Assembly: GCA_025998875.1 (NCBI GenBank)
Contig: AP024675.1
Span: 1,641,077 to 1,705,076, forward strand
Reading direction: 5' to 3'
Length of the DNA stretch: 64,000 bases
Source of the DNA: Bacteroidota bacterium
GTDB lineage: Bacteria > Bacteroidota > Rhodothermia > JANXDC01
Every line of letters starts with the position of its first letter. The stretch's first letter is position 1. Under the pieces are notes generated by a model. It was given only the letters and a program-made list of their open reading frames with translations, ran no database searches and had not been told where the DNA came from. Shown here in pieces: positions 39,345-49,458 of this stretch. Position numbers and translations under genes: made by a program.

Positions 39345-40658
39345 GTGACCCGGATCCGATCCTACGAGGAGGCGCTGGGCTACCTGGAACGCTTGCCCGC
39401 TTTTCACCAGCAGGGTTCCGGGGCGCTCAAGCCCGGCCTGGAGCGCATCGCGGCTTTGCTTGATGCCCTGGGGCATCCCGAACGCCTCTATCGGAGCGTG
39501 CACATCGGGGGCACCAACGGCAAAGGTTCCACGAGCGCGATGCTGGCGGCCATCTTCCAGGCGGCCGGTTACCGGGTGGGACTGCACACCTCACCGCATC
39601 TGCTGGAAATAGGGGAACGGATGCGCGTGCAGGGGAAGGCCGCCCCGCACGCCTGGATCCGGGACTTCGTCTCGCGTACCATTTCGCTCCTGGAGCAGGT
39701 ACAGCCCAGCTACTTCGAGTATACCGTGGCCATGAGTCTGGCCTATTTCGCCGAGGCGGGTGTAGAGGTGGCCGTAGTCGAGGTGGGACTGGGAGGGCGT
39801 TGGGATGCGACGAACATCCTGGAGCCGGAGCTGAGCATCGTCACCAACGTGGGGACCGATCATGCCGATATCCTCGGACCTACCGTAGCGGATATCGCGC
39901 GCGAGAAGGCGGGTATTTTTAAATCCGGCCGATCCGCTCTGACCGCCGCCCGGGATCCCATCGCCCGGGCTGTGCTGCAGGAAGAGGCCCGCCGAAGGGG
40001 CTGCGCCCTCGAATACGTGCCCGATCAGGTGCGTTGGGAAGAAGTCCAGCTGGACTGGACAGGCATGCAGGCCGACCTCTATACCCCGCAGCGGGCTTAT
40101 CGGAAGCTGCATCTGGGGCTTGTGGGCTGGCATCAACTGGAAAACGCGGCGCTGGCCGTGCGCGCCGCCGAACGGCTCGGGGCCTGTTTCCCCCGCCTCG
40201 ATGAGGCGGCTATCCGCGCCGGCCTGGCTCAGGTGCGTACGCTCTCGGGACTGCGGGGGCGCCTGGAGGTTATCCCGGGATCTCCCCCCATGGTTCTGGA
40301 TGTGGCCCATAACCCGGAGGGCGTCGAGGCTCTGCTCCACACCTTGCGATCCCTTCCCCCCGTGCCGGGGAAACGCCTTCTGCTCTTCGGGGTGCTGGCC
40401 GATAAGGCTTATGAGGCCATGGTGGCCGCGCTGGCCTCCTGGGCCGATGTCGTTGTCGTAACCGGGCTTCCTACCCCGCGGGCGCTTCCTCCCCATCGCC
40501 TGCAGGAGGCTTTCTCCGCCTTCGGCCTTCCCGTTGCGGCATGCGCTTCGGTAAAGGAAGCCCTCCGGGTTATGCGCAGCCAGGCGGATCCGGAAGATCT
40601 CCTGCTTGTCTGTGGCTCGACGTATCTGGTGGCGGAATTGCTCCGCACGTTCGGCTGA
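39345..40658 (+). CDS. folC: Folylpolyglutamate/dihydrofolate synthase
   Basis: HIGGTNGKGS, TSPHL, EVGLGGRWDATN, DVAHN, CGSTYLV. Confidence 0.93.
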   Translation: MTRIRSYEEALGYLERLPAFHQQGSGALKPGLERIAALLDALGHPERLYRSVHIGGTNGKGSTSAMLAAIFQAAGYRVGLHTSPHLLEIGERMRVQGKAAPHAWIRDFVSRTISLLEQVQPSYFEYTVAMSLAYFAEAGVEVAVVEVGLGGRWDATNILEPELSIVTNVGTDHADILGPTVADIAREKAGIFKSGRSALTAARDPIARAVLQEEARRRGCALEYVPDQVRWEEVQLDWTGMQADLYTPQRAYRKLHLGLVGWHQLENAALAVRAAERLGACFPRLDEAAIRAGLAQVRTLSGLRGRLEVIPGSPPMVLDVAHNPEGVEALLHTLRSLPPVPGKRLLLFGVLADKAYEAMVAALASWADVVVVTGLPTPRALPPHRLQEAFSAFGLPVAACASVKEALRVMRSQADPEDLLLVCGSTYLVAELLRTFG

Positions 40659-40738
40659 ACAACGGCACTTCAACCCCCGGCGCCTTGCTCCTGAGGCGGG
40701 GGGCGGACTACCTTGTGTGCGCGTTTATCGAGACGGAT

Positions 40739-41656
40739 ATGTCCGTGCGATTCAAGCAGGTCGACGCCTTTACGCGTGCCCCTTTTTCCGGTAATCCGGC
40801 CGGCGTGGTGCTCGACGCCGATGGGCTTTCCGAGCGCGCCATGCAGCTGATCGCGCGCGAGGTGAACGCCTCAGAAACCGTCTTCGTACTCCCCCCGAGC
40901 GAACCGGGGGCCGATCTTCGGCTACGCTGGTTTACGCCCACCACGGAGGTGCCCCTTTGCGGACACGCCACGATCGCCGCCTTCTACGCGCTGGCTGAGG
41001 AGCGGCGTATGGGCCTGAAGCCGGGCCAGCAGCGCCGGTTCCGCGTACAGACGCTCTCCGGCCCCCTTGAGGTAGAAGTAGAATGGCAGCAGGATAGCCC
41101 CTATGTGTGGATGGAGCTTCCCCTTCCGAGCTTTTTCCCCTATCCGGGGGACTACGAGGCCCTCTGCGGCGCGCTCGGGCTAGCCGAGGTCGAGATCGAT
41201 TGGCAGTGGCCTGTTCAGATCACGCAGAACGGGTATGTCTATATCCCCGTGGTGCACCTGGAAAGCCTGCGCACGATGCAACCCAACGCATTGCTTCTGG
41301 AGCGCATCGAGAAACGTTTCGCCGTGCACGGGTTTGCCGTCTTCACCCGCGAGGTTGTTCAGGAGGGAGACGACTGGTTCATGCGCTTTTTCGCCCCCGG
41401 CTGGGGGGTCTTCGAAGATCCCGTAACGGGCACCGCGCAGGGGCCCCTGGGCGTTTATCGGTATTATCGGAGCCGCGAGCAGGGGGAGTCGCCCGCCCTG
41501 CGGTATCGCGGTGAGCAGGGGGACCTCATGGGACGGCAGGGCAGGGTGGAGGTCCGTCTGGAGGTGGATGAGCAAGGGGAGCCCATGCGCCTCTGGATCG
41601 GAGGGAGCGCCGTGACGGTTTTCGAGGGACGGTTTGTCATCCGGGATGGGAGGTAG
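40739..41656 (+). CDS. PhzF-family isomerase
   Basis: VDAFT..PFSGNPAGVV, SETVF, RWFTPTTEVPLCGHAT, EDPVTG. Confidence 0.92.
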   Translation: MSVRFKQVDAFTRAPFSGNPAGVVLDADGLSERAMQLIAREVNASETVFVLPPSEPGADLRLRWFTPTTEVPLCGHATIAAFYALAEERRMGLKPGQQRRFRVQTLSGPLEVEVEWQQDSPYVWMELPLPSFFPYPGDYEALCGALGLAEVEIDWQWPVQITQNGYVYIPVVHLESLRTMQPNALLLERIEKRFAVHGFAVFTREVVQEGDDWFMRFFAPGWGVFEDPVTGTAQGPLGVYRYYRSREQGESPALRYRGEQGDLMGRQGRVEVRLEVDEQGEPMRLWIGGSAVTVFEGRFVIRDGR

Positions 41657-41679
41657 GGTATCTGGGGGGAGTCGATGAT

Positions 41680-42450
41680 ATGGTCCCTTTCGACGCCCTG
41701 GGATTTCATTTCCTCAACGAAGACGAGTTCGTCGACACGCTCGGCCTCCTCGTCGATGAAGGGCAACGCCGGCCGTGCCGATCCGGGTTTTACATATGCT
41801 GGGAACGCGAGGGCATAGAGCTCTGGTATGGATTTTACGACGAGAGCCGTTTTGGGGGATCGATAACCCCGTTTTTCTATACAGAGGGGCAACCGATCTC
41901 GTTTCGGGTCACGGACGTGCACGAAGATCCCGAATACCCCTTCGATGGATTTCTGGTGGGAGATGTAAACGCCCTCATCGATGTCGAAGGGGTGCGTTCG
42001 GGGGATTACCCCATGTGTGTGCAGATGGTGGATTTTCGGTGCGCCCTGGATCGATTGGAGCAGTCCGGTTTGCTATCCATTCGCGCGGTCGCTTTCGCCG
42101 GGGATCTGGTGCTCTTCGAGGGGCTTGAGGAACTGCGCCGTTATACGAAGGGCATCGATCCGGTCCTGGCCGAAATCGCTCCGCGGACGTTTCTTCCCGT
42201 GGGCCTGTTTCCGGATCCTGAGGAGGAGTCCTCCGCCCCACAGCCCGTGGCCCTGCTCACCGGATACCTGCGGCGCATACATCCCCGGCGCAATCCCCTC
42301 ACGGGGCATCCGTTTTACCACATGATCGTCGATACCCAGGGGCAACGGCTCGATGTGTTGAGCGCAGATCCCGCCCTGGCGGAGGCCAGGCCAAACCAGC
42401 TTCTTTTTTGTACCGCCTGGATGGCGGCCCGGATGACGCATGAGCCCTGA
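41680..42450 (+). CDS. Hypothetical protein
   Basis: 256 aa ORF with GGGGAG RBS, co-directional and tightly packed; no family recognised. Confidence 0.7.
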   Translation: MVPFDALGFHFLNEDEFVDTLGLLVDEGQRRPCRSGFYICWEREGIELWYGFYDESRFGGSITPFFYTEGQPISFRVTDVHEDPEYPFDGFLVGDVNALIDVEGVRSGDYPMCVQMVDFRCALDRLEQSGLLSIRAVAFAGDLVLFEGLEELRRYTKGIDPVLAEIAPRTFLPVGLFPDPEEESSAPQPVALLTGYLRRIHPRRNPLTGHPFYHMIVDTQGQRLDVLSADPALAEARPNQLLFCTAWMAARMTHEP

Positions 42451-43027
42451 ACGCACGCTACGACCGGATCCCCTGGGCCAGCTCTGGTTGTGGGGGCTGG
42501 CCGGAGGATTCCTGTTGCTGGCCGTTTTCGTGCCCTCGCTGTCGGGTTTTTTCAGCCTGATGGCCTCCTTGCTTGCCCTAGGGGGATGGATAGCGCACCG
42601 GGGAGCGGTATTCCGCATCGAGCCGGATCGACTCCGGGCACGCACCGGATGGTTTGGAGCCGCATGGGTGGTGGGGCGTGGAGAGGTGGAGTCCATTGGA
42701 GTAGAACGCACCCCTATGCAGCGCCGGTTCGGGCTTGGCGATGTGGTGCTCCGGTTGCGCGATGGTCGGATGCTCCGTCTGTGGGATCTGCGCGACCCGG
42801 ATCGATGGGCCCAATGGTTCAAAGAGCACCTGGGATCCCCGCCCGATTCCCCCTCCCCGTCAGCCCGAGCTGAAGCGGTCCTCTCCCCCTATCTGGGCAC
42901 CGAGCTGCTGGAACGTATGCAGGTTCTCGTGGGCCTGTGGGCCCAGGGCTTGCTTTCCGAAGAGGAATTTCAGCGCGAGCGGGCCCGGCTGGAATCCCCC
43001 GACAGACCATCCGAAGACAAGCCATGA
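42440..43027 (+). CDS. Membrane protein with bacterial PH-like domain and C-terminal SHOCT-like motif
   Basis: Two TM segments, VESIGVERTPMQRRFGLGDV (bPH-like), QGLLSEEEFQRERARL (SHOCT-like). Confidence 0.7.
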   Translation: MSPERTLRPDPLGQLWLWGLAGGFLLLAVFVPSLSGFFSLMASLLALGGWIAHRGAVFRIEPDRLRARTGWFGAAWVVGRGEVESIGVERTPMQRRFGLGDVVLRLRDGRMLRLWDLRDPDRWAQWFKEHLGSPPDSPSPSARAEAVLSPYLGTELLERMQVLVGLWAQGLLSEEEFQRERARLESPDRPSEDKP

Positions 43028-44250
43028 TCGGCCAGGCATGGGAGCGGTGGCTGGCCTGGGTTTTCTGGGCTCGGCAGGGCAGGCGCAGTTTTCTGCGCTT
43101 TGTGACCCTGCTGGCCATTGTGGGGGTGGCGGTGGGGGTGGCCGCCTTGGAGGTGGCGCTTTTTCTGTCGCGGGGCTTCAGCCGTGAGATCACCGCCAAG
43201 ATCATGGGTTTCGGGGCGCACGTGCAGGTGATGCGCTACGGGGAGGGCCCGCTTACCGGAGCCGATAGCTTGCTTGGCCTCCTCGAGCGGGTCGATGCGC
43301 GCATCCGAACCGTGGCTCCGGTTATCTCCGGGCAGGCCATCGCGCAGGGTCCGAAAGACCTCGATGGGGTGTTGCTCTACGGGGTAGATCCGGAGCGGGA
43401 TGCCTCCTTTCTCCGGGATCGAATCGTAGCGGGAACGTATCTGTTGCGTCGGAACCCGGAGCCCACGGTGGTGCTCTCAGGCGCCCTGGCCCGCCGCTTG
43501 GGGGTAGAGCTGGGGGATGTGCTCTGGGTGTACGTGGCCCACGGGGTGCCCTCGCCCTTCTCCCCGCCTCGAATGGCCCGGCTCCGGATAGCCGGGCTGT
43601 ACGAGACAGGGCTTACGGAGTTTGACGAGGCCTTCGTGGTGCTGCACCTGGAGCAGGCCCGCGCCCTGCTGGGGTATCCGCCGGATACGGTGAGTCGTTT
43701 TGAGCTTACCCTTACCGATCCCCGGCAGGCCGATGAGGTGGCTGCCCGTATAGAAGATCGTCTGGGCTTTCCCGTGGCGGCGCGCTCGATTTTCCAGATC
43801 TATCGGAGCCTGTTCGCCTGGGTGGAGCTACAAGAGGGTACCATTCCGCTCGTGGTGGCCATCCTGGTGGTGGTAGCGGCTTTCAATCTGGTGGGCACCC
43901 TGCTCATGGTCGTTCTGGAGAAGAGCGCGCACATCGGGGTGCTCAAAACGCTCGGAGCCACCGATCGGGCCATAGCCCGGATTTTTCTCTTCGAGGGCGC
44001 TCTCTTCGGGGCCGCCGGCATTCTGCTGGGAAACGGGATGGCGCTGGGGCTCGGATGGCTGGAGAGGCGCTATGCGCTATTGCCGCTCCCCGTGGAGGTG
44101 TACTATGTGGATCGCGCCCCCGTGCACATGGTGGCCTCCGATTTCCTGATCGTCTCCACGCTGGCTTTTGCGCTCTGCCTGCTGAGCACGTATTTCCCGG
44201 CCCGCGTGGCCAGGCGGATCCACCCCGTAGAGGCCCTGCGCTTCCTTTAG
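43024..44250 (+). CDS. LolC/E-type ABC transporter permease
   Basis: VGVAVGVAAL, VAAFNLVGTLLMVVLEK..HIGVLKTLGA, PA...RIHPVEALR. Confidence 0.88.
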   Translation: MIGQAWERWLAWVFWARQGRRSFLRFVTLLAIVGVAVGVAALEVALFLSRGFSREITAKIMGFGAHVQVMRYGEGPLTGADSLLGLLERVDARIRTVAPVISGQAIAQGPKDLDGVLLYGVDPERDASFLRDRIVAGTYLLRRNPEPTVVLSGALARRLGVELGDVLWVYVAHGVPSPFSPPRMARLRIAGLYETGLTEFDEAFVVLHLEQARALLGYPPDTVSRFELTLTDPRQADEVAARIEDRLGFPVAARSIFQIYRSLFAWVELQEGTIPLVVAILVVVAAFNLVGTLLMVVLEKSAHIGVLKTLGATDRAIARIFLFEGALFGAAGILLGNGMALGLGWLERRYALLPLPVEVYYVDRAPVHMVASDFLIVSTLAFALCLLSTYFPARVARRIHPVEALRFL

Positions 44251-45860
44251 CGCAGATCCAGTATCAGGCCCGCCTGCTCCCAGCGGGCGCGCAGCAGCAG
44301 GGGATCGCTCCAGAGAGCGGCTTCGGCCGGCTCCCCGAAAGCTTCCCCCCCATCCCAGCGGCCGTTGTCGTTTCGGTCTTCGAATACAAAGATCCGGTAC
44401 CGGCCAGGGCGCAGGTTTTCAAATCGAAATTGGCCATTTCCCCGAAAGCGCAACCGACGCACGGGTTCCGGTGTATCGGAGCAGAAAAGCCAGATCTCGA
44501 CGGGATGCGTTCGGTTCGTGAGCACCTGACCGGATAGCTCGGCCCCTTCATCAGCGCGCAGAATCCGATAGGTGCGCTCCGAAAGGCCCAGGGTATCGGA
44601 GCGAATGCGCAACCCGGCTCCCGCGGGCCATCGAGTCCGAGGATGCACCCACCAGATGCGGGGGAGGCGGCCGCAGCGGGTCGGCTCTCCAGGGCGCAGG
44701 ATATACGGGAGGGGCTCGTTTTCGGCCCATATCTGCAGCAGTGGGGGGGACTCCCGGGGAAGGGGAACGGAGAGTTCTAGACGCAGGGAGTCTGTGGGGA
44801 GCAGGGAAAGCGTATCTGCCGGGCTCAGGCGCGCCGAGGCGGGGGCAGAAGCGCCGGATCCAGCCGGAGGAGGGCGCAGCAGAAAGGTGCCGGAAAGCTC
44901 CTCGACCGGATTGTCCAGGCTATCGCGCAAACCCCGGACAGTGATTCGATACGATCCTGCCGGTAGCGGACGTGCGCTCTGCAGGTGGGCCAGGGTAGAA
45001 CCGCTCCGGTACCAACCGGTCAGTTCATATCGGGTACCGGATGGCTCCTCCAGGATCCAGGAGGGACACGCCGCCTGCCAGGGGGCGGAGAAGCGCACCT
45101 CGATCCTGTCCGGGCCGCGCAGGGCCGCCCCCGCAAGGCGTAGAGGGGGCGGAGGGGGCAAAACCCCCAGCAGGGGCCGGGGAAGGCTGTCTCCGGGTAC
45201 CACGATCCGGGCTCGATCCGGAACGGCAATGGGCTCCCCGCGGTCCGGGCGCCGGTTGCGGTTGCGATCTTCGAAGGCGATGATCCGGTATGTGCCCGGG
45301 CTGAGAAAACGGAGGCGGAAGGAGCCCTCCAGCCCCGTCTGGGAAAGATAATCGGCCCGTTCCCCCAGGGGCGATTCCCCGTTGTGGCGGAACAGGGCCA
45401 CTGTCCAGCTCGATGGGGGCGCCTGGCCTGTGCTGGCCATGCGCACGCTTCCGAAGAGCGTGAGCGTATCCAGGTTCGTACCCGTAGAGAAAGCCAGCTC
45501 AATGGGGGACTGCAGCCGGTTTCCACGCAGATCGCGCAGGTCCGTGGTGAGGATGAGCACGTAGGTGCGTTCCGGCTCCAGTCCGGGCATACGAACGCGT
45601 ATGCGGCGTCCGGAGACCTGAATCCGGAGGGGAGAGGGCGGATAGGGCACAAGCTCCAGCGCCTGTTCCACGCTTGCCGGATCGACCCATTCGTCGAACC
45701 AAAGCTGGATCTCCGCTCTGCGGATGCCTGTGGCGCCGTCTGGGGGGTCCGTCCGCAACAGCCGGGGGGGATGGCGGTCTTCCGGCCCACCGGTGGGAGG
45801 CTGGGGGGTGGCGCAGCCGAGCAAGAGGCCTGCGGTGGCTATGAGACAGACCCGTTTCAT
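44247..45860 (-). CDS. Ig-like (Big_5-type) domain lipoprotein
   Basis: Lipobox LLGC followed by ATPQPPTGGPED.PP; repeated GxYRI..FEDRN.N..D motifs. Confidence 0.8.
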   Translation of the reverse strand: MKRVCLIATAGLLLGCATPQPPTGGPEDRHPPRLLRTDPPDGATGIRRAEIQLWFDEWVDPASVEQALELVPYPPSPLRIQVSGRRIRVRMPGLEPERTYVLILTTDLRDLRGNRLQSPIELAFSTGTNLDTLTLFGSVRMASTGQAPPSSWTVALFRHNGESPLGERADYLSQTGLEGSFRLRFLSPGTYRIIAFEDRNRNRRPDRGEPIAVPDRARIVVPGDSLPRPLLGVLPPPPPLRLAGAALRGPDRIEVRFSAPWQAACPSWILEEPSGTRYELTGWYRSGSTLAHLQSARPLPAGSYRITVRGLRDSLDNPVEELSGTFLLRPPPAGSGASAPASARLSPADTLSLLPTDSLRLELSVPLPRESPPLLQIWAENEPLPYILRPGEPTRCGRLPRIWWVHPRTRWPAGAGLRIRSDTLGLSERTYRILRADEGAELSGQVLTNRTHPVEIWLFCSDTPEPVRRLRFRGNGQFRFENLRPGRYRIFVFEDRNDNGRWDGGEAFGEPAEAALWSDPLLLRARWEQAGLILDLR

Positions 45861-46480
45861 CAGGAGGAGCCTGCGCTGCGGACTGTGAAGAGCAGATACA
45901 GGAGTACGGCTGTGGAGCCCGCCAGCAGGAGGGGCTGAAGGTAGCGCTCCCACCAGCTCGGAGGAGAAGAAATCTCCTCCCGCTCCAGGGGCCAGCCGTT
46001 GGGAATCGGTTCCGGCTGGCTCAGGCGGGACAGGGTATCGATGAGGCCGCTTGAGCACCGTCCGGCCGTGAGTACCCGATCGTCCGGACTCAGGATGCGA
46101 TACGTGATGAAAAGGGAGATGGCGCGTTCCAACCCTTTGCGGCCGAGCCGGCGGTACCGCACCCGGCCCTCGGCGCCCAGGACCTCCAGACGAGGCACCT
46201 CAGCTCCGACGGCCAGTTCCCAGCCGGCGCTCCGCAGGGCGCGCATCCATTCCGGGTAGGCGGTGGGAGGAAAGAAGCGATCCCGAAGTTCGATCGCCCG
46301 CAGGGAATCCGGTCTGGGGATCTGCGCCGCACATCGGAAAAGCACCTCCTGTAGGCGCTCCTCCAGCGTCAGTCCGGATTGCCCCCGTGCGGGGGTAAGG
46401 AGGGCGAGGCTCAGCACCAGACCGGCCAGACCGCGCCGGAGGAAGTCCCGGTACGGCCTGGCCAGCCTTCTCTCACGCAT
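45860..46480 (-). CDS. Hypothetical exported protein with C-terminal membrane anchor
   Basis: Signal-like N-terminus, C-terminal ..[12 protein letters not shown]. Overlaps the gdhA stop and the next start. Confidence 0.65.
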   Translation of the reverse strand: MRERRLARPYRDFLRRGLAGLVLSLALLTPARGQSGLTLEERLQEVLFRCAAQIPRPDSLRAIELRDRFFPPTAYPEWMRALRSAGWELAVGAEVPRLEVLGAEGRVRYRRLGRKGLERAISLFITYRILSPDDRVLTAGRCSSGLIDTLSRLSQPEPIPNGWPLEREEISSPPSWWERYLQPLLLAGSTAVLLYLLFTVRSAGSS

Positions 46481-47774
46481 AGATGCCGCGCAGCTTGAGC
46501 GTGGTGGCCACTTTGTCAACGGCCAGGATATAGGCGCCGATCCGCAGCGAAACGTTGTAGCGCTGGGCCGTGTGGAAGACCTTCTCAAAGGCGTTGCGCA
46601 TAGCCCGGTTCAGGCGTCGGTTGACGCGCTCTTCGGACCAGAAATACCCCTGGCGGTCCTGCACCCATTCAAAATAAGACACCGTCACCCCGCCGGCATT
46701 GGCCAGGATATCTGGCACCACCATGACGCCTTTCTCGTTGAGGATCGGGTCGGCCTTGGCCGTGGTGGGACCATTGGCTCCCTCGACGATCAGCCTGGCC
46801 TGCATGCGCTGGGCGATGGAAGGGGTGATCTGATCTTCCCGGGCGGCCGGGATGAGCACGTCCACGTCGAGTGTCAGCAGCTCCTCGTTGGTGATTCGGT
46901 CCCCCCCGGTGAAGCCTTCCAGGGTGCGGTGCTGGCGGACGTATTCGATCGCGGCCGGGATGTCGATGCCCGCTTCGTTGTAGTATCCCCCCGTTATGTC
47001 GCTGATGGCCACGATTTTGCATCCCTGCTGGTGCAGGAGCAGGGCGGACACCGAGCCCACGTTGCCAAATCCCTGCACGGCGACCCGGCTCTGATGGGCA
47101 CGGAGGCCCAGTTTCTCCATAGCGGCCAGCGTAACGGTCATGACCCCGCGTCCGGTGGCCTCGCGCCGTCCTCGAGATCCTCCCAGCACCAAGGGTTTGC
47201 CTGTGACGACGGCCGTGACCGTGCGCCGGGCGTGCATGGAGTAGGTATCCATGATCCAGGCCATGATCTGTTCGTTGGTGTTCAGATCCGGAGCGGGGAT
47301 GTCCGTGTCCGGACCGAAGACGTCGATCAGGTTGGCCGTATATCGTCGGGTAAGACGCTCAATCTCCCCGGGGCTCATCTTCGAGGGATCACACCGGACC
47401 GCGCCCTTGGCTCCGCCAAAGGGGATATCCATAATGGCACACTTCCACGTCATCCACGCGGCCAGGGCCTTGACCTCATCGAGGGTAACATCTGGCGCGT
47501 AGCGAATACCCCCCTTGGAGGGACCCAGGATGTCGCTGTGAATGACCCGATAGCCTTCAAAGACCTTCAGCGAGCCGTCGTCCATGATGACGGGCACGGC
47601 GGTGATGACGATCTTCGTCGGGGTTTTGAGAAACTCGTAGATGCCTGGCTCTAGGTTGAGGATCTGTGCGGCCACGTCAAAACGCCGCATCATGGATTCA
47701 AAGGGGTTTTCCCGATCCAGAGGAGGGCCAGGTTCCTGATAGACGGAAGGTTTGTAGACGTCGTGCGTGCTCAT
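46473..47774 (-). CDS. gdhA: Glutamate dehydrogenase (Glu/Leu/Phe/Val family)
   Basis: [53 protein letters not shown]. Confidence 0.93.
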   Translation of the reverse strand: MSTHDVYKPSVYQEPGPPLDRENPFESMMRRFDVAAQILNLEPGIYEFLKTPTKIVITAVPVIMDDGSLKVFEGYRVIHSDILGPSKGGIRYAPDVTLDEVKALAAWMTWKCAIMDIPFGGAKGAVRCDPSKMSPGEIERLTRRYTANLIDVFGPDTDIPAPDLNTNEQIMAWIMDTYSMHARRTVTAVVTGKPLVLGGSRGRREATGRGVMTVTLAAMEKLGLRAHQSRVAVQGFGNVGSVSALLLHQQGCKIVAISDITGGYYNEAGIDIPAAIEYVRQHRTLEGFTGGDRITNEELLTLDVDVLIPAAREDQITPSIAQRMQARLIVEGANGPTTAKADPILNEKGVMVVPDILANAGGVTVSYFEWVQDRQGYFWSEERVNRRLNRAMRNAFEKVFHTAQRYNVSLRIGAYILAVDKVATTLKLRGIYA

Positions 47775-47920
47775 CGCCTCTACTCGTTATGTGTTGCGGA
47801 AGATTCAGCCCACAACCCTCGGCGGGGGCAGGGCCCTCAAAGGCGGCCAGGGGCGCCGGCTTGTGTGGCGAGTCCCGCTTGATCTGCTCTGGAGAAAAGA
47901 GAGGGCCCCGTTCGGGGAAT

Positions 47921-48010
47921 TTACTTCTTCTTGTGCCGCATCTTGCGCAGGCGCTTTTTGCGCTTGTGGGTGTTGATCTTTTTGCGCTTGCGTTTACGTC
48001 CGCAGGGCAT
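47921..48010 (-). CDS. Small basic protein, bS22 / AURKAIP1-COX24-like ribosomal protein (not in ORF track)
   Basis: Manual translation MPCGRKRKRKKINTHKRKKRLRKMRHKKK* (29 aa), with AAGGGAG RBS. Confidence 0.85.
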   Translation of the reverse strand: MPCGRKRKRKKINTHKRKKRLRKMRHKKK

Positions 48011-48025
48011 GGTACATGCTCCCTT

Positions 48026-48961
48026 TTAGTTTGCCGGTTGTGATCGGTTTATGGCTTCTCGGCGAAGCATTTCCGCCTGGGTGTAGAGTTCCGAACCCCG
48101 TTCAGCGCGGAGAAGCACTCTATCGAAGGCTTCTGCGGCCTCCCGGAAGCGGCCGATCTGCATACGCAACAGCCCTAGTAGCAGGTTGGCCCGCGCGTGC
48201 AGGGAATCGCGCTCGAGCACCGCGTTCAGCTCCGCTACGGCCTGCATGGGGTTCTCTGGGCTCTGGGCGTAGCAGAAGGCCAGATCCACGCGCACGTCCA
48301 GATCTTCCGGGTTGAGCTCCAGCGCTTTCCGGTAGGCCTCTACGGCCTGTTGCAGAGCCTCTTGGCGCAACCCGGGATCGGATTGCCGAAGCATCCAGTC
48401 CGTATACAGGTCTCCGGCCCGGCGCCAGAGCGCTGCGGAGGCTTCTATCTCCGCTTGCGCGCTCAGGGCGCGGGCACCCAGATCCGGTCTTCCGGCTTCC
48501 TGGTACAGATGCAGGAGATCCTCCAGCAGACGAAGGCGCCTCTGGGCATCGGGGGTTTCCGCCAGGGTGCGCTCCAGTTCGGCGGCCCGGGCCTGCTGGG
48601 CTTCGGTAAGCGGGGGTAGGAGGGCGCCGGCTTCAGGACGGGCGCCCGTGCGCAGGCCACCGGGGCCCGCGATCAGCAGGATCGACCACAGCAGGGCGGC
48701 GCCGATGAGCACGAGCCCTTGCTTGCGGCGCAGGCGCCCGAGCCCGGAATCCGGGTCAGATCCCCCCAGCCGCAGGCCGCAGTGGATGCAGAACCGAGCC
48801 CCCTCGGAGGTGGGGTGCTGGCAACGCGGACAGCGCTGTTCCCGCTCCGGGGCGGCTTCGGAAAGCAGCTCTTCCCCCTTCCAGCCGCAGATCGGGCACG
48901 GCTCCGTGGGCAGAACCCGGGCGCCGCAGGAGGGACAGCTCTGAATAATTGTGGCGAACAT
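48026..48961 (-). CDS. Double zinc-ribbon + TM + TPR protein
   Basis: CPSC/CPIC/CPRC/CIHC pairs, one TM helix, TPR repeats (YRKALELNPED). Confidence 0.8.
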   Translation of the reverse strand: MFATIIQSCPSCGARVLPTEPCPICGWKGEELLSEAAPEREQRCPRCQHPTSEGARFCIHCGLRLGGSDPDSGLGRLRRKQGLVLIGAALLWSILLIAGPGGLRTGARPEAGALLPPLTEAQQARAAELERTLAETPDAQRRLRLLEDLLHLYQEAGRPDLGARALSAQAEIEASAALWRRAGDLYTDWMLRQSDPGLRQEALQQAVEAYRKALELNPEDLDVRVDLAFCYAQSPENPMQAVAELNAVLERDSLHARANLLLGLLRMQIGRFREAAEAFDRVLLRAERGSELYTQAEMLRREAINRSQPAN

Positions 48962-49039
48962 AGGCAGAAAGCCCCCGTTTTTCGGGGGCGGCCCTACAAA
49001 GGTAACGCCCCGTAATCCCCGCAGGCAATTGGGCTCCGT

Positions 49040-49447
49040 TCAGCGCAGTCGGTGCATGCGACGTACGGCCTCTTCATCTCGCTCAATGGCCCTGCGGGCC
49101 CGGACAAGCAACACATAGGCCAGCAGGGGAAGCAGAACCAGCCCGAGCGCTATGGTCAGATGGGATCGGACAAGCCCCGTATTGATGACGAGGGCCATCG
49201 AGAGGCCAAGCGATCCCGCCGTAAGCAGGGCGGCCAGTCGTACCAGGCGCATCTGCAGGGGACGGTTCCGGAAGAGCGCCACGGCCGCCGTGCTTAGCAC
49301 GGAAGCGCAGACAGGCAGGCCCAGCCACAGCCAGCCCAGCCACGGCAGGGAGGAAAAAGCCCCTCGGAGCGTGGGCCAGAACAAGAGCAGGGTCAGAAGG
49401 CAGAAGTCTGCCACAAGCAGGTAGAGCGTCTGAACGCGTTGCCACAT
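49040..49447 (-). CDS. DUF4293-family membrane protein
   Basis: MWQRVQTLYLL...LFRNRPLQMRL...ARRAIERDEEAVRRMHRLR pattern. Confidence 0.8.
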   Translation of the reverse strand: MWQRVQTLYLLVADFCLLTLLLFWPTLRGAFSSLPWLGWLWLGLPVCASVLSTAAVALFRNRPLQMRLVRLAALLTAGSLGLSMALVINTGLVRSHLTIALGLVLLPLLAYVLLVRARRAIERDEEAVRRMHRLR

Positions 49448-49458
49448 CGGGCGCCTCC

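Noticed and set aside
47775-47920. GC-rich intergenic stretch upstream of gdhA as a possible riboswitch/ncRNA
   Set aside because: Only short possible stems; no conserved motif of any riboswitch class I recognise.
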